The position numbers and the translations under genes are program-made. Shown here one piece after another: positions 52,820-64,000 of a DNA stretch of 64,000 nucleotides. The notes under the pieces are model-generated. The model made no database searches and was not told the DNA's origin. It saw only the letters and a program-made list of their open reading frames with translations. Source of the stretch: Oikopleura dioica (lineage: Eukaryota > Animalia > Chordata); assembly GCA_907165135.1 (NCBI GenBank), contig OU015567.1, positions 5,890,001 through 5,954,000 of the forward strand, written 5' to 3'. Every line of letters starts with the position of its first letter. Position 1 is the first letter of the stretch.

Positions 52820-53165
52820 ATGAGAAGATGAAAAACATCAGGAAAAAAGAAAGCAACCAACGAATATCCACCTGTATCAACTTGAAAGCTTCATAGACTA
52901 CTCAACTTCAACTGTAAATTAAGCTGGAAATTACTGTATTAGCATCTGTATTATATTTTATTCATTCTTATATGTTTTTAATCAAAAGTTCAAAATACAT
53001 AATAAATTCAAAACCTAAGTTCTCACGAAAGAGTTCCTCCTTTCTTTGGTTTTTGAATAAGAGGCATTTTCGGCTGTCGGCGTAGAAAGGGTAGAGAGAT
53101 TTAGCGTTTTACGAGAGAGGTTCTTATGTGTCGGCTTTTTCAGTGAAGAGGGAAAAGATTTGAAA

Positions 53166-53518
53166 ATGGCTTATAAAAATGAAGGAAGAATTCTTGTCGA
53201 GATTTTGCTCAGGTTTGCGGTTCCTAGAGAGATTCCAAGAGAGAATTTTTATTTTCAGGGGAATAGTCCTGATTCTTGCCTTTTTATACTATCGATTTGA
53301 AGACCCGGAAGCTTGGCTTGCTCAGCGACCGGGGGACGTTCAAGGAGATACCGTCGAATACATCCCGGAAGAAGAGGAAAAAGACGAGCGATTTCGCGAT
53401 CGCCGGTAAATTCATTTTCGCGATTTTATTTTGAAAATGCGCTTTTTCTAGCATTGACCCGCTGATCCACCACGTCGACGAGACGGACTATGTTCATCAA
53501 ATGAAGCCACTTGAATGA
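53166..53518 (+). CDS. Small putative single-TM protein, 3 exons, unknown function
   Basis: Spliced ORF MAYKNEGRILVEILLR/GIVLILAFLYYRFEDP.../IDPLIHHVDETDYVHQMKPLE via GT-AG introns; the 3' end may be affected by an indel. Confidence 0.4.
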
Positions 53519-54752
53519 GAAAATCTGGTTGACACCTGTTTTCGCCGTTTTTGTCCTTTTTCGAGTGATAATAAACGCTTGTGTACGATCACTACAAAGA
53601 TGTCCCCACTCCTCAAAAAAGCGTAAACAACTACTTAATGGCGACACTTTATATTTCATCTCATCGCGCTTCGGATTCGGTTTCACTGTGCGAGAATTAC
53701 ACCTCATGTGTCCTTCCACAGGAATTTGTTGCGTCGATGGTCACATTTTGTTACGCTACACTTTTGATACCATCATGACTAGGACGCGGAAAATAGCTCT
53801 TGATCTGGCAGACTGTGCGTTTCAAATTTCCTCTTTTATTTTAATTTTCATTTCAACATAAAAGAAATCAAATTTATTTTATGAAAATATCCGTACGAAA
53901 ATAAAGTCCGATTTTAAGGATCCCCCCGTCGAATTTCGAATTCGAAATTTTAAGGGTATCTATGTAAAATTACTGTTTGAGACCTAAATTTGTCGATTTT
54001 ATAGTGATAACTTAAGGGTGTCAATAAATTAACTCATTTTTGCTCTAGAACTCTTCATAAGCTACATTTTGATAATAAAATCTTTTTGACTCCTAAGGGT
54101 ATACGGGGAGAAAACGCTGTTCGAAAATTGCGACTCTTCTTTGATTTCAAACTCCCGTAAATTCATCTTCCAAACTAAGCCGTCTTATCTACACTCGTTT
54201 CCATGTGCGAGAAAAGTTAGTTATTAAGTTAGATCTAACATTTGCTGCTTATTTCTGCTCGCTGCACTAAGTCACGTGTCCAGCCGCGGCGATCACGGGA
54301 TCAGCCGCGCCGGGACGTCGTGGATGCTCTTAATTTGACATTCGCGCCCGTTACTCTTCGAATTTATACTTTTCGAATTAGAGCTTAATCGTATTGCGGA
54401 TTTCGTGCCCAAATGCTTTTTTAATGAGTGCTTGGGCACATTAATCTCCCGCGGCGAATGAGAATGTCAATCATCTGCCCGCGACAGAGAAAGGGATGAT
54501 ATCCGACCGCGCTTGGCAAATGTAATTAGATGAAGAAATCAACTCATCAAGGCCTGTTTAATTTCTTTATTAAAAACTAATCAAATCATTTAAGGGGGTA
54601 GACATCGTTAAAGCCGATTTTCGACCGGGCGTTTTGTCAAATTTAACATAGTGACACCCTTATTTTTCTATTAAAATTGAGTTCAAGCCCAAATATTGAT
54701 CCTCCTACCGTTTTAAAATCTGGTTAACGATGTCTACTCCCTTAATTAACCT

Positions 54753-55982
54753 TCAGTTCTTTACATAAAACCAAAGGGCGACTCCGAATAACGTGATAAA
54801 AACCATTCCAGCGAAGATATACAGAAGCTCCTTTTCGAATGCTCCAGAATTTCGAGAAGGTTCGCTGTTGAGTAATTTTCCTCGGAAGGCTGCTCTCGTG
54901 ATACTTTCATGGAAATCGGCTTCAGTCGTTTCTTGAATATTTTCAAATTCGGTTGACGTAGTGACGGTGGAAAGTTGGCTGTCAGTGAAATCATTTTCTC
55001 CGTACATTGATGAATATTTCTCGACAAGTTGAATCATATCTCCGCCTGTTTTCAGCTACAAAATCTTTCGATTTCGACTCAATGACGTTAAATTACTGAA
55101 GCTTTCCTTCGCTGATGGATTCTTCCGAAGTCATGAAAGACAACACTGGAGGTCGTTTTGCTAGAAGAAACACGAATTGAAATTGACAAATGATTCCTTC
55201 TCACCAGATGAGTACTTGAACTTCTTCTCCCGCTGGCCTTCGCATTCGATGAAGACATCTGTTGTATGCTCTAGCAAATCGCATTCGCAAGGCCGAGCTT
55301 TTTGAGTTTCGCATTCGTCGAGGCTTTTTTCATCACCCTTGCCTAGGGTTGGCAAAAGTTGGAGAAAAGGGGGGGCGCTCCCCCTTACTGACCGCTGATT
55401 GGCCCAGAGGACACATAGGCCCCCATGCACGGACTTGCCTACCCTAGGTCCTTGCAGTCAAAATGAATTGGGTACGTTTCTTGGCTCTTTGAAAAATCAA
55501 GCTTTGTCGAGCTAAGAACCAATGCTTCGAAAAAGTTCAAGATATCATGAGGAAACAACTCGTTCCTTCGACGTCCGTTTCTCCGAAGAAATGTAGCTGC
55601 GTTCTTTCGGAAAGCCCAAGCTGCACGGAGATGAGTGTGCTTTCTTCAATTTAAATATATATATATTGGAAATATGAAAATGGTAGATTTCCATCTCCTC
55701 CTTGAGCACACCACTTGTGCTACAAATATTCATCAGAAAGAGATTCTTTTGATTAATTTTTTCCTACCAGTTTCGTTTTTGAATTTTCTATCGCAGACTG
55801 GCCGTAAAACATTATCGACATAAATGTGCTCATCATCATTACTCAAAATTCTATCCGGAGGAATCGTAAATCGACAGTAATGAACTCTGACCCGCCAGAA
55901 AGCCACGATTTGAATCAGAAGTAATTTCTATTTCTCTGTCTCCCAAAACAATCTGGCAAAAAATGACTAATAAAAATTTCAT
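54753..55982 (-). CDS. Type I membrane protein with a divergent SRCR domain
   Basis: Signal MKFLLVIFCQIVLG; spliced VCDRKF..ETAQVVCSSLGF..FDCK/GDEKSLDEC..CEC..EHTTDVFIEC; S/T stalk; TM LLYIFAGMVFITLFGVALWFYV. Uses GA-AG introns. Confidence 0.7.
55343..55447. mobile_element. 105-bp hAT-like MITE forming an intron of the SRCR gene
   Basis: TIRs CTAGGGTTGGCAA / TTGCCTACCCTAG; flanks ACCCTTGC and GTCCTTGC (6/8 match, decayed TSD). Confidence 0.8.
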
Positions 55983-56145
55983 TTTTTTGATTATTTCTTC
56001 TCTTTTGGCAACTTTGATTCTTGGGAGATCGGAAGAACAGGGCTGCTGCTGATAAAAATGCTGATAAAGAAGAACAGCTCTGGGGCTTGATTTTCAGTAT
56101 ATTTCTTTATTTTTCAGAAATGTATGTACAGTCGCGTTTTCATCT

Positions 56146-57340
56146 TTACAAATTGGATTTCTTAAAAGTCGCGATATAGCTGTGAGGATCCCCGGGAATA
56201 GATTCGACGACTACTCCTTCGCGATCTTCGCAAGTTCCAGCGCCGAAGATCTCGTAAGTAGTGACGTTGTTCAAGTTGGAGTCGATTCTTGTTATTTCGC
56301 AGCACTCTTTTATGTCCTTATTGTATGGCTTTCTAAATCAATTTTAGCATTTTTGCGGAAATTCGAATTTCAAACCGTTCGGGGTAGATTCCACAGCAAT
56401 GATCTCGACTGATGTCCGCCATTTTCTTGTCGCACTGGGCATTTGGCACAAATGATCCTCCGCCATTGATCGTCCTATTTTTTTCAAAAGTTATTTAAAA
56501 AGACAAACATCGGGACCTGTGCTCAGCAACCTGCGTAGAAAACCTGACTCAGGGTCTGACTCAGGTCCTGACTCAGGTTTTCTACACAGGACGAGCCCAA
56601 AACGAACTCTACCTGTACTGTTCATCAATACACCTCGATCCAAAATCCTCATGGTCATCAGCTCCCCTATCGCATTGTCGAGCTTCTTTGGCGATTTCAA
56701 TTGCAAAATGCTTATCGCACTCGCAGATGTTCGAAGCATCTTCTTTCCCGTTGTGGCCGCATTCCAGATTTCTCCGGATCTTTCCTCCTTCGTTTTCTGG
56801 CTCGGTGATGGAGAAATTGACGCTGTAGGAGATCTCGGTGTAGTTGGTGTTGTAATCGCTGTTCACGCATTTGTAGCATCTGGAATCGGTTGATTCGGGA
56901 AGAAAGATGGTGGCCTACCTGTAGAGTTCTTTGCAGTGATGATCGATTGTATCTTTAGGACGTCCTCCACCGATGACACCAGCGTCGACGCCGTCAATCC
57001 AGCAATAACAGCCGTAGGAGGTGTATTTCGCTTCGATTTCCGCGAGCATTTCGTTGAAATCATCCCGATCTCGAGGATCCTTGTTCCTCCGAAATTCTCC
57101 CTGAAACAAAATTCTTCTCTGAATCGATTAAAACCTCCTAACCTGCATGTAAAGCATCATCGCGGCTAGCGGCCTGAATCCCTTCTCTCCAACAGAAGCT
57201 TCTCTTTTGAATCTGCTTGACGATTGAGAGTGTTCACTGCTGTAAAAATCATCTATCCACTGACCGGTCAATGTTCGGGAAACGTGATTTAGGGCGAGTT
57301 TTGCTTCAGCGGCAAAAGTTGAAAGAAGAAATATTTTCAT
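56146..57340 (-). CDS. Secreted phospholipase A2-like protein, probably catalytically inactive
   Basis: Signal peptide, RFKR furin-like site, YGCYC, GRPKDTIDHHCKELYRCYKC, ICECDKHFA, and a CCGIYPERKPY..ECC tail. Confidence 0.8.
56517..56600. mobile_element. Family A MITE, internally deleted, in a PLA2-like intron
   Basis: GCTCAGCAACCTG..AGAAAACC, three CTGACTCAGG units, TTTTCTACACAGG. Confidence 0.75.
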
Positions 57341-57714
57341 CTAAAAAGATATTTTAAAAATTGAAAAAATCAATCAGCAAAAGATTTTTAAAAATCGAGG
57401 AGCCGCAAGCGGCTTTTCTCGATTTTTCGATTTTTTAGTCGAAAAAAAATCTCTTACCATTTCAAAAACGCTCAGAAAAGCAAGAAAGAGATATGGAAAA
57501 CTTGTATTTTTCACGTTTTAAAAAGAGAGTTTGATAAGCGCCCACTGGCGGAGTTTACGTCGTAAATGGATCCTAATAATGCTTCGATTTCAACGTCTAA
57601 GTAATTTTAAGCGATCCCTCGGAATAGCTTTACACATGGCGCTTAGTGTCAAATTTTTGAACATGCAAATTGAAATCAACAAAATCATGTCAGGTCGTTT
57701 TTATTTACAATTTT

Positions 57715-60700
57715 TTACAGAAGAAAAATTACAAAAAGAACCAAAATGGCAGCTTGAAGTGGAGATGCGCTTGCCGTCTTTACTTCCAAAGCCCGAGGAG
57801 TTTCTTCTTCTTCCGAATATTCTTGATTGAAAATAATCGTCATTCAAAACAATAAAGAGAAAAATACCTGGGTAACCATCCATGATTATTTTAATCGACT
57901 CCTCTTTTTCTGAAACACCTGAGCGGCAGTAATACGTTCCGACGGTTTCTTTTGATACGTCGAATTCGAAGATATTCTTTTCTTTGATTTTGCTATTTAC
58001 GCCAGATAAAGTAACTTCAAAAAACATTAGAAACAGGTACTTTTGCTCGAAAAAAGACTGAGAAGAATCTTTACCTGGCGAATTAAGAGTACTGTAACAA
58101 ACAAGTCTGACTGTATCATCTTCTTGGCGAACAGAGTGGCCCTGAAAACTCCTTTCAACTGATTTTAGGCCTTCTTTTCAAACCTTATTTGACAAGAAAA
58201 GATGTTCTTCGCATTTCTTTTCTTCCCGATTTTTAGCTTGTTTGAAGTATTCAACGAGGTACTGGTTTGAGGCGCGGCATTTGGCGGTTGTTTTGAGATT
58301 AAGGGCTTCAATCCATTCCAGAGCGCAGGTGCAGTAGAACTCGTTCTGAAAATAATTGTTAGAAGTAGGAGAAGCCGGGCTCGGCAAAACCTGTGTTGAA
58401 AACCTGAGTCAGGGTCTGAAAAATTTTAATGAAAAGCCGCGTAGCGGCTTTTTTTTTAACGAAGCCGCGAAAGAGCTTTGACTAAATTAGGAACAAGATT
58501 ATACAGTAATGTCATTACAGTAATATAATTACACATACAGTAATGAAATTACTGAATAATTTTCCTAATTTTGGCAAAGCCGCTTCGCGGCTTCGTTTCA
58601 AAACAGCCGCTACGCGGCTATTCAGTAAAGTTTTTCAGACCCTGACTCAGATTTCAGCACAGGTTGCCGAGGCCAGGGGGAGTTGTATTATTCTTACGCT
58701 GTCGATGTTCAAAGTATGAATTGTCGGCAGATTCAAGTTTCCCAGCGAAATCAAGCCTGTTCTTCGCAGTGAAAGAATTCGAAGCTCTGGAGTATTTTCG
58801 AACGCGTTCTTCAATTATTCAAAAACGAAGAAGAGGAGAAAAAAAACCTGGTGGAAAAATGAAAGAGTTGGTGAATCGGAAATGGAGACTTCGGTAAGTT
58901 TCGGGAGATTTCTGAAAGCGGCTTCTTCGACAAACTCTAGCCAGGGCATTTCGTCGGCGATGATTGTGTTGAGTTCTGGGAGATCGTGGAAGTCGTTGAA
59001 TTTGAAGTATTGGATCGGGTTCTTTGTCAGCCGAATTTCACGAATGGACTTGAGTTTGGAGAAATCCGGGACGTCGACTAAATTGTTGGCGTCGAGCCAA
59101 AGAAACTCTAGTTTTTGGTGAAAAATTTTGGCTGTTTCAAGTGTCTAAATTTGCCGTCTAAAGAGCCCGTTTTCCAGACATGTTCGAATATGGTAATTTT
59201 ACAACAATTTTCACGTGGAAAAAGAGAGAGACAAGCTAACATTTTCCAGCCGTGCCTAACAACGATGAGCTGGATGTTAATGAAGCCGGAAAATCGTCTA
59301 GATCACAATTTCCGACGTTCAGCGTTTTTAAATTTTCCATCGGGGAAAATAATTTGTATTCGATGATCTTCGAGGATGGTTCAATATTCAGGGAAATTTT
59401 TGTAGTCAAATTTGGTAGTGAAAAATTTTATAAACGCGAAGAATCTTTATTCTTTTAGTTGCCGCTTTGGCCATCCTGTTCCTGTAGCGGGTTATTCGCA
59501 AGAGACAGAAGCTCCAGATTCTCCAGCGATTGAAACACCTTGACCGGGATTCTGGCCAACTCGTTGCCAGAGAGATCCAAGTAGCGGAGCTTCTCCAAGT
59601 CGTCGAACGCCGTTTCGGATATTTCAGTCAGCCCGGCCTCGATGATTGACAAGTCCTCGAGATTGACGAAGTCGTCGAAGTCTTCATTGTCGATCGATGG
59701 GTACTCGCTTTCCTGAATTCTGAGGTTCCGAATCATGTTTCGGTAGAGGTTCATTTTTCCGAGATCGAGGTTGCTTTGACGAGCAATGAGTACATTCATG
59801 TCACTGTATCCTGGTTATTTTACGTCAATAGTATCATTCAATGTCATCATTATATAACATTCTGTCTAGGAGTAGGTCAAGCTTTGTAGGTGTCAACCAG
59901 TGCCTTGGAAGCGGGACATTATCGAGATGCGCGCCAGCACACGTGACAATTTTCCGCGAGCTGACGGTATTAATTGTGCATATACAACCTTCCGGGCAAC
60001 TTTTCGTCTCCCACTCGTAGGAAACCCCACCATATCTGCTCGATCGATCGAGCTCTTCGCTGAGGATGTCTTCGTAGGAATCGCTGTAGGAATCGCTGTT
60101 GCTGTCGTAGCTAAAGTCGATCGAGTCGAGGGTGAACTCGAGATGTTCGGAAGAAAACGGTGTTGGCTCAGCGACGCGCACTTGAAAAGAATCCCGGATG
60201 AGATCGTATTGGTTTGCCGCCTGACAGGTGTACTTTCCAGCGTGCTGCTTTTTGGCGTTTTTGATGCGCAGTTCGCCTCTTTCAAAGAGGGGTATCGAAT
60301 GATTTAAAAGGGAATACCTATTATGGTAACCACAAAAAAGGAAGAAAGTGCCCCATTCCTTGATCCAACAACATTCTCATCTTGGTCGAGTAAACGAACC
60401 GTTACAGTCGGTTCTCCCATGGCGAGACATCGGATCGCGAACTCATCTCCTTCTTCGACAGCAACATCGTCGGAAGGAATGAGAATCGGCCCACAGATGT
60501 TTCCAGCTTTTCTTGCTTTCCGCAAACATCTCTCCGTCTCTTCGGAAATGTCAAAGACGAACTTAGAGTCCAGCATCCACGTGTTCAGGCAAGAGCAGCT
60601 TAGCTCCACTCCGTCAAAGAGAATCGATCTCAAACTGGGCGAATAAGTCGTCAAATGCTGACTCAAAGCCTGCAATTTCGTGAACGAAAAGTCTATTTCT

Positions 60701-61465
60701 TTCAAACTTGCAGTGGTGTCATCAATTTTTCACTCTCAAATCGGAATCTGGGCTTAGCAACATCTGTCCAAAACCTGACTCAGGGCGTAAAAAACTTCGA
60801 ATGAAAAGCCGCGTAGCCGCTTTTTTTAATTTGAGCCGCGAAACGGCTTCGCCAGATTAAAAAATAGACACAGATGGTAATTTTGGCCGAGCCGCCTTGC
60901 GGCTAAGTTTTCAAGAAAGCCGCTAAATGCGGCTTTTCATTCAAGTGCTTTTACTCCCTGAGTCAGGATTTGGACACAGGTTGCTGAGTCCAGATCGGAA
61001 TTTTTCAGAATGTTGAACCACTTTCCTGTAAGAATCGTAAACCGATCGATGACCAAACCATTGCAACCGACTACAATCGGCAAAAGACAGTCTCTCCAAC
61101 GAAGGAAGCGAGAAAAAAGCAAAATCTCCAACAGATTTGAGCCGCTCATTGAAGCTAAAATCCACTTCTTTCAAAAACGGCATGTCGCGAAAATCATCAG
61201 AAATGATCTCCATCGTATTATTTCTGAGAACAAGCCTCTCTAGTTTGAAAAACTGCGAGACTCCGTTCAGCGAGGAAATGAAGTTGTTGGAGAGGTTGAG
61301 CTCCGTGACGTCATTGGCGATCTCGGAAAGCTCGGAAAGGTCGGTGATCTCTTGATCGATGCAGAGAGCTTCGAGTCCTCCATTTTCAAGTTCTCTGCAG
61401 TCGCAAATTGAAGGGCAAAGTTGAAATTCAGCACGAGCAAACGAGTGCGAAACCAGAAGGGTCAT
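57715..61465 (-). CDS. Cell-surface protein with two LRR-Ig modules and a GPI-like hydrophobic C-terminus
   Basis: CPSICDC LRRNT, LRRs, LSCSC LRRCT, Ig (CLAMGEP..GKYTCQAAN), acidic linker, second CPEGCIC LRRNT, LRRs, FYCTC LRRCT, Ig-like (GTYYC), end ASPLQAAILVLFVIFLL. Confidence 0.75.
58375..58676. mobile_element. Family A MITE in an LRR-Ig intron
   Basis: Full arms GGGCTCGGCAA..CCTGAGTCAGGG..AAGCCGCGTAGCGGCTT and their mirror. Confidence 0.85.
60748..60993. mobile_element. Family A MITE with perfect 8-bp TSD ATCGGAAT
   Basis: TSD copies at 60740-60747 and 60994-61001; termini CTGGGCTTAGCAAC / GTTGCTGAGTCCAG. Confidence 0.88.
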
Positions 61466-62232
61466 ATTTGAGTTTACAAAACGAAAAAGAAGCTACGACT
61501 ACTGTAATAAGTATCTTCGTTTGAAACTCTTTCTTCAGCAATTTCATCAAGAAAAACTCCTCTTCCCTTCTTTTTCTTCAAAAATCTCTGACAATTGAAA
61601 ATTGAAATGAAGATCGTTTTCAAGGACAGAGGACCTTATTCGCAGTCCCTTGTGAAAAATTTTATTTTCACAGCTTTTTATTTCACTCCCTAGCCGTGAT
61701 AAGCTCTCGATGAATCTGGGTTCAACAAGGTTGTTTCAAATCAAAGCGCTTCCGTTTTTTTTCAAAAAGAGAAAATTTGAGGAATTATTATTTTTTTTTC
61801 GAACTTGTTTTTAAAATTGATAAATTGAACCTGTTGACTGTAACGAGCGGCCCTGATGATGCGGAATTTATCTTATCTTTTCTGACGGAAGATTCGGAAT
61901 GGCAGTCTCTGAGTTAATACAGAAGTTTAAATCAACAAAATAGCTCTTTCTTTGTCAAATTCTTTTCTGCCAAAATTATCAAAACAAAATTCTCGGTTTC
62001 TACTTTTTGAAAATCGTCAACTGTATTATTGAGCTTCCTTTCCCTTATAGGGTAAATAATCGTTTATTATCGACTTTTTTTATACCGGCAATTACGGTTT
62101 TCAAAGAGACTGGACATACGGCAGTTTTCTTTGAAGAAAAATAATTATATTATATTTTATTTATTAACATGTATTCACAGAAAGAGAAAGAAAGAGAGGG
62201 TTTCTCTTCTTTTCGCCTTTTTTCGCTCTTTT

Positions 62233-63868
62233 TTACAAAATATCTCGATTGGAAGGCGTAGTCGAGGAGTAGACCGTCTCAAGATTCTCAAATTGCCCCA
62301 AGGATTCGATGCTCTTTGACTGGAGTTCAACACGCGCGTTCACTGAAATTCACCACTGGCGAGTTCGTGTTCATTCGAATGACGGAACACGTGATAGGAC
62401 TGAAATTGTAAATGGTGATAAATGACCCAATCATGCATTTGGGTGAAGAGATAAATGGGTGGGCTCGGTTAGAGGAGATTTTCGAGGATTTTTGGGCCGC
62501 CAACGAGGACGAATTTTCGAATGTTCTTTTTGAAAATTTTCGCTGGCGGCCGCTTGTTGCCTGTAAATCGCTCTCCGTCCCAGTATAAATGTAAATGAAT
62601 GGTAAACTTACGCTCTTGGATGGAATTTTTGTAGAGCATTCCGAACTTGTGCAGTTGCTCGTTGTAGTCTTCCCGCGCCGCCTGGACCTTGAATTTTCGG
62701 TAATTTGCGGAAAATTTTCAGACGAAAATTCTTTGGAAATTAATTGAAATCCACTTACTTTGTCATCGATGTAGTCGCGCATCTGCGTCTCGGTCAAGCG
62801 CTGGGCGTTGTCAATCTTGAGCAATCTGTCAAGCTGCTCGTGCTGGAAATTCTGATGCTCCGTCTTCAGCTCGGAAAGCTTTGAAACAAGCGAAGCCATG
62901 CCCTCTTCCAGTTTGAGAAGACGCTCGCCGTTCTTAACCTGCGCTTCGTCGAAGTGAAGTTGAGCTTCGTCGATTCGATGAGAGTTTTCGTTCAGAGTTT
63001 GGTTCATGAGATTGATCGTTTCCTGACCCTCGTTCACTGAAAAATGGAATGAAATTAAAAAAGGGGTCTCCATAAAACGCTGAAAGCCTGAGTCAGGGTC
63101 GGAAAGAGCTAAAATGAAAAGCCGCGCAGCGGCTTTTCTAAAAACGAAGCCGCAAAGCGGCTTCGCTAATATTTCGATTTCAATCTATAAAAAAACTCTG
63201 GCGAAGCCGCTTTGCGGCTTCGTTTTAAAAAAAAAGCCGCTCCGCGGCTTTTCATTTCAGTTCTTTCAGACTCTGACTCAGGTTTTCTACACAGGTTGCC
63301 GAGCCCAGAATAAACGAATCAGAATTCGGATTTTCTACTTTTCGTTTTTTTTTTACCTTGATCGCGAATTCTTTCGCTATTTTCGTTGTGGTCTTCGATC
63401 GCGTATCTTAGCTGCTCACATGCTGCTTCCAAGGAATGAATTCGCTCATTGAACTGGATCGTCTTATTCTGCGACTCTTCCTTCTGCTCTTCGAGGGAGC
63501 CGAAAATCGTGTTGGACAAGCGGCCGAGCTCATCGTTCAAATGATTACGCTTGGATTCTTCGACTTCAAGGGCATTTACGCCGTTTCGCTGAGCTAAAAT
63601 TGGAAAAATGAGGAGAAAGAAGGAGGAGTATTTTTTTTACCGATTTCGTCTTGCTCAGCTTGCTTTTTTCGGATAGAAGCGACGGTAGCGTTGAGACTGT
63701 TGATTTCTTCTTCGTGCGTTTTTTGCTGAAAGTAGCAGAAACCGACGGCGGCGGCTCCGATCGCAGCGGTCAGGGTTGACTTTTTCACGGATGAGAATTT
63801 TTTCTTGCATTTTTTGAAGAAAAATTTGATTGAAGCAATTTTTCATCCCTTTCCTGAAGAGCCGACAT
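62233..63868 (-). CDS. Coiled-coil protein with an N-terminal hydrophobic anchor, unknown function
   Basis: AAIGAAAVGFCYF followed by heptad-rich exons with consistent splice junctions; ends approximate. Confidence 0.6.
63080..63308. mobile_element. Family A MITE in an intron of the coiled-coil gene
   Basis: Right end CAGGTTGCCGAGCCCAG; left arm partly deleted; flanks ATAAAACG and AATAAACG. Confidence 0.8.
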
Positions 63869-64000
63869 GTATTTCTCACTTCTCTCTCTTTTCTTTTTTG
63901 AATACACTGAGGAAGTTTTCTGTTTCTTGCCAAACAATTCTAGCTATTCTAGAGAGAGTCGAACAAATCCAATTTTCTAATTCTTCTGAGTTGAAAAGTG

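Noticed and set aside
53166-53861. PLPP4/5-like lipid phosphatase assignment from the weak EILLR..DP resemblance
   Set aside because: No phosphatase catalytic motifs found downstream; the similarity is too weak.

Overview
Eukaryotic, very compact, intron-rich genomic DNA. Most introns are 40-60 bp, many have non-canonical GA-AG, GG-AG or GC-AG boundaries, and AG acceptors sit just upstream of start codons. This is most consistent with a larvacean tunicate such as Oikopleura (inference). The left ~39 kb is a housekeeping block split by a divergent promoter at ~17.2 kb. Minus strand: MED12, PPAN, SULF, ACLY. Plus strand, operon-like: NME5, THOC2, WRAP53, RPL10, TAZ, a PY-motif membrane protein, BCL7, SF3B1, UTP6. 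A head-to-head tRNA-His pair follows, then a developmental transcription-factor island (FoxH-like, a PRD-class Q50 homeobox split by three micro-introns, Iroquois), then secreted or surface genes (SRCR, catalytically altered PLA2-like, tandem LRR-Ig, coiled-coil). Palindromic MITEs are abundant. Main finding: two introns (MED12 15933-16201; SRCR gene 55338-55450) consist exactly of a hAT-like MITE plus its 8-bp target-site duplication, and the duplication supplies both splice sites. This looks like transposon-driven intron creation using non-GT donors. Also notable: an antisense secreted-peptide gene nested in a MED12 intron, and a candidate SF3B1 poison exon at the position of the vertebrate alternative intron. 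Several single-base homopolymer frameshifts in conserved genes are most likely assembly errors.
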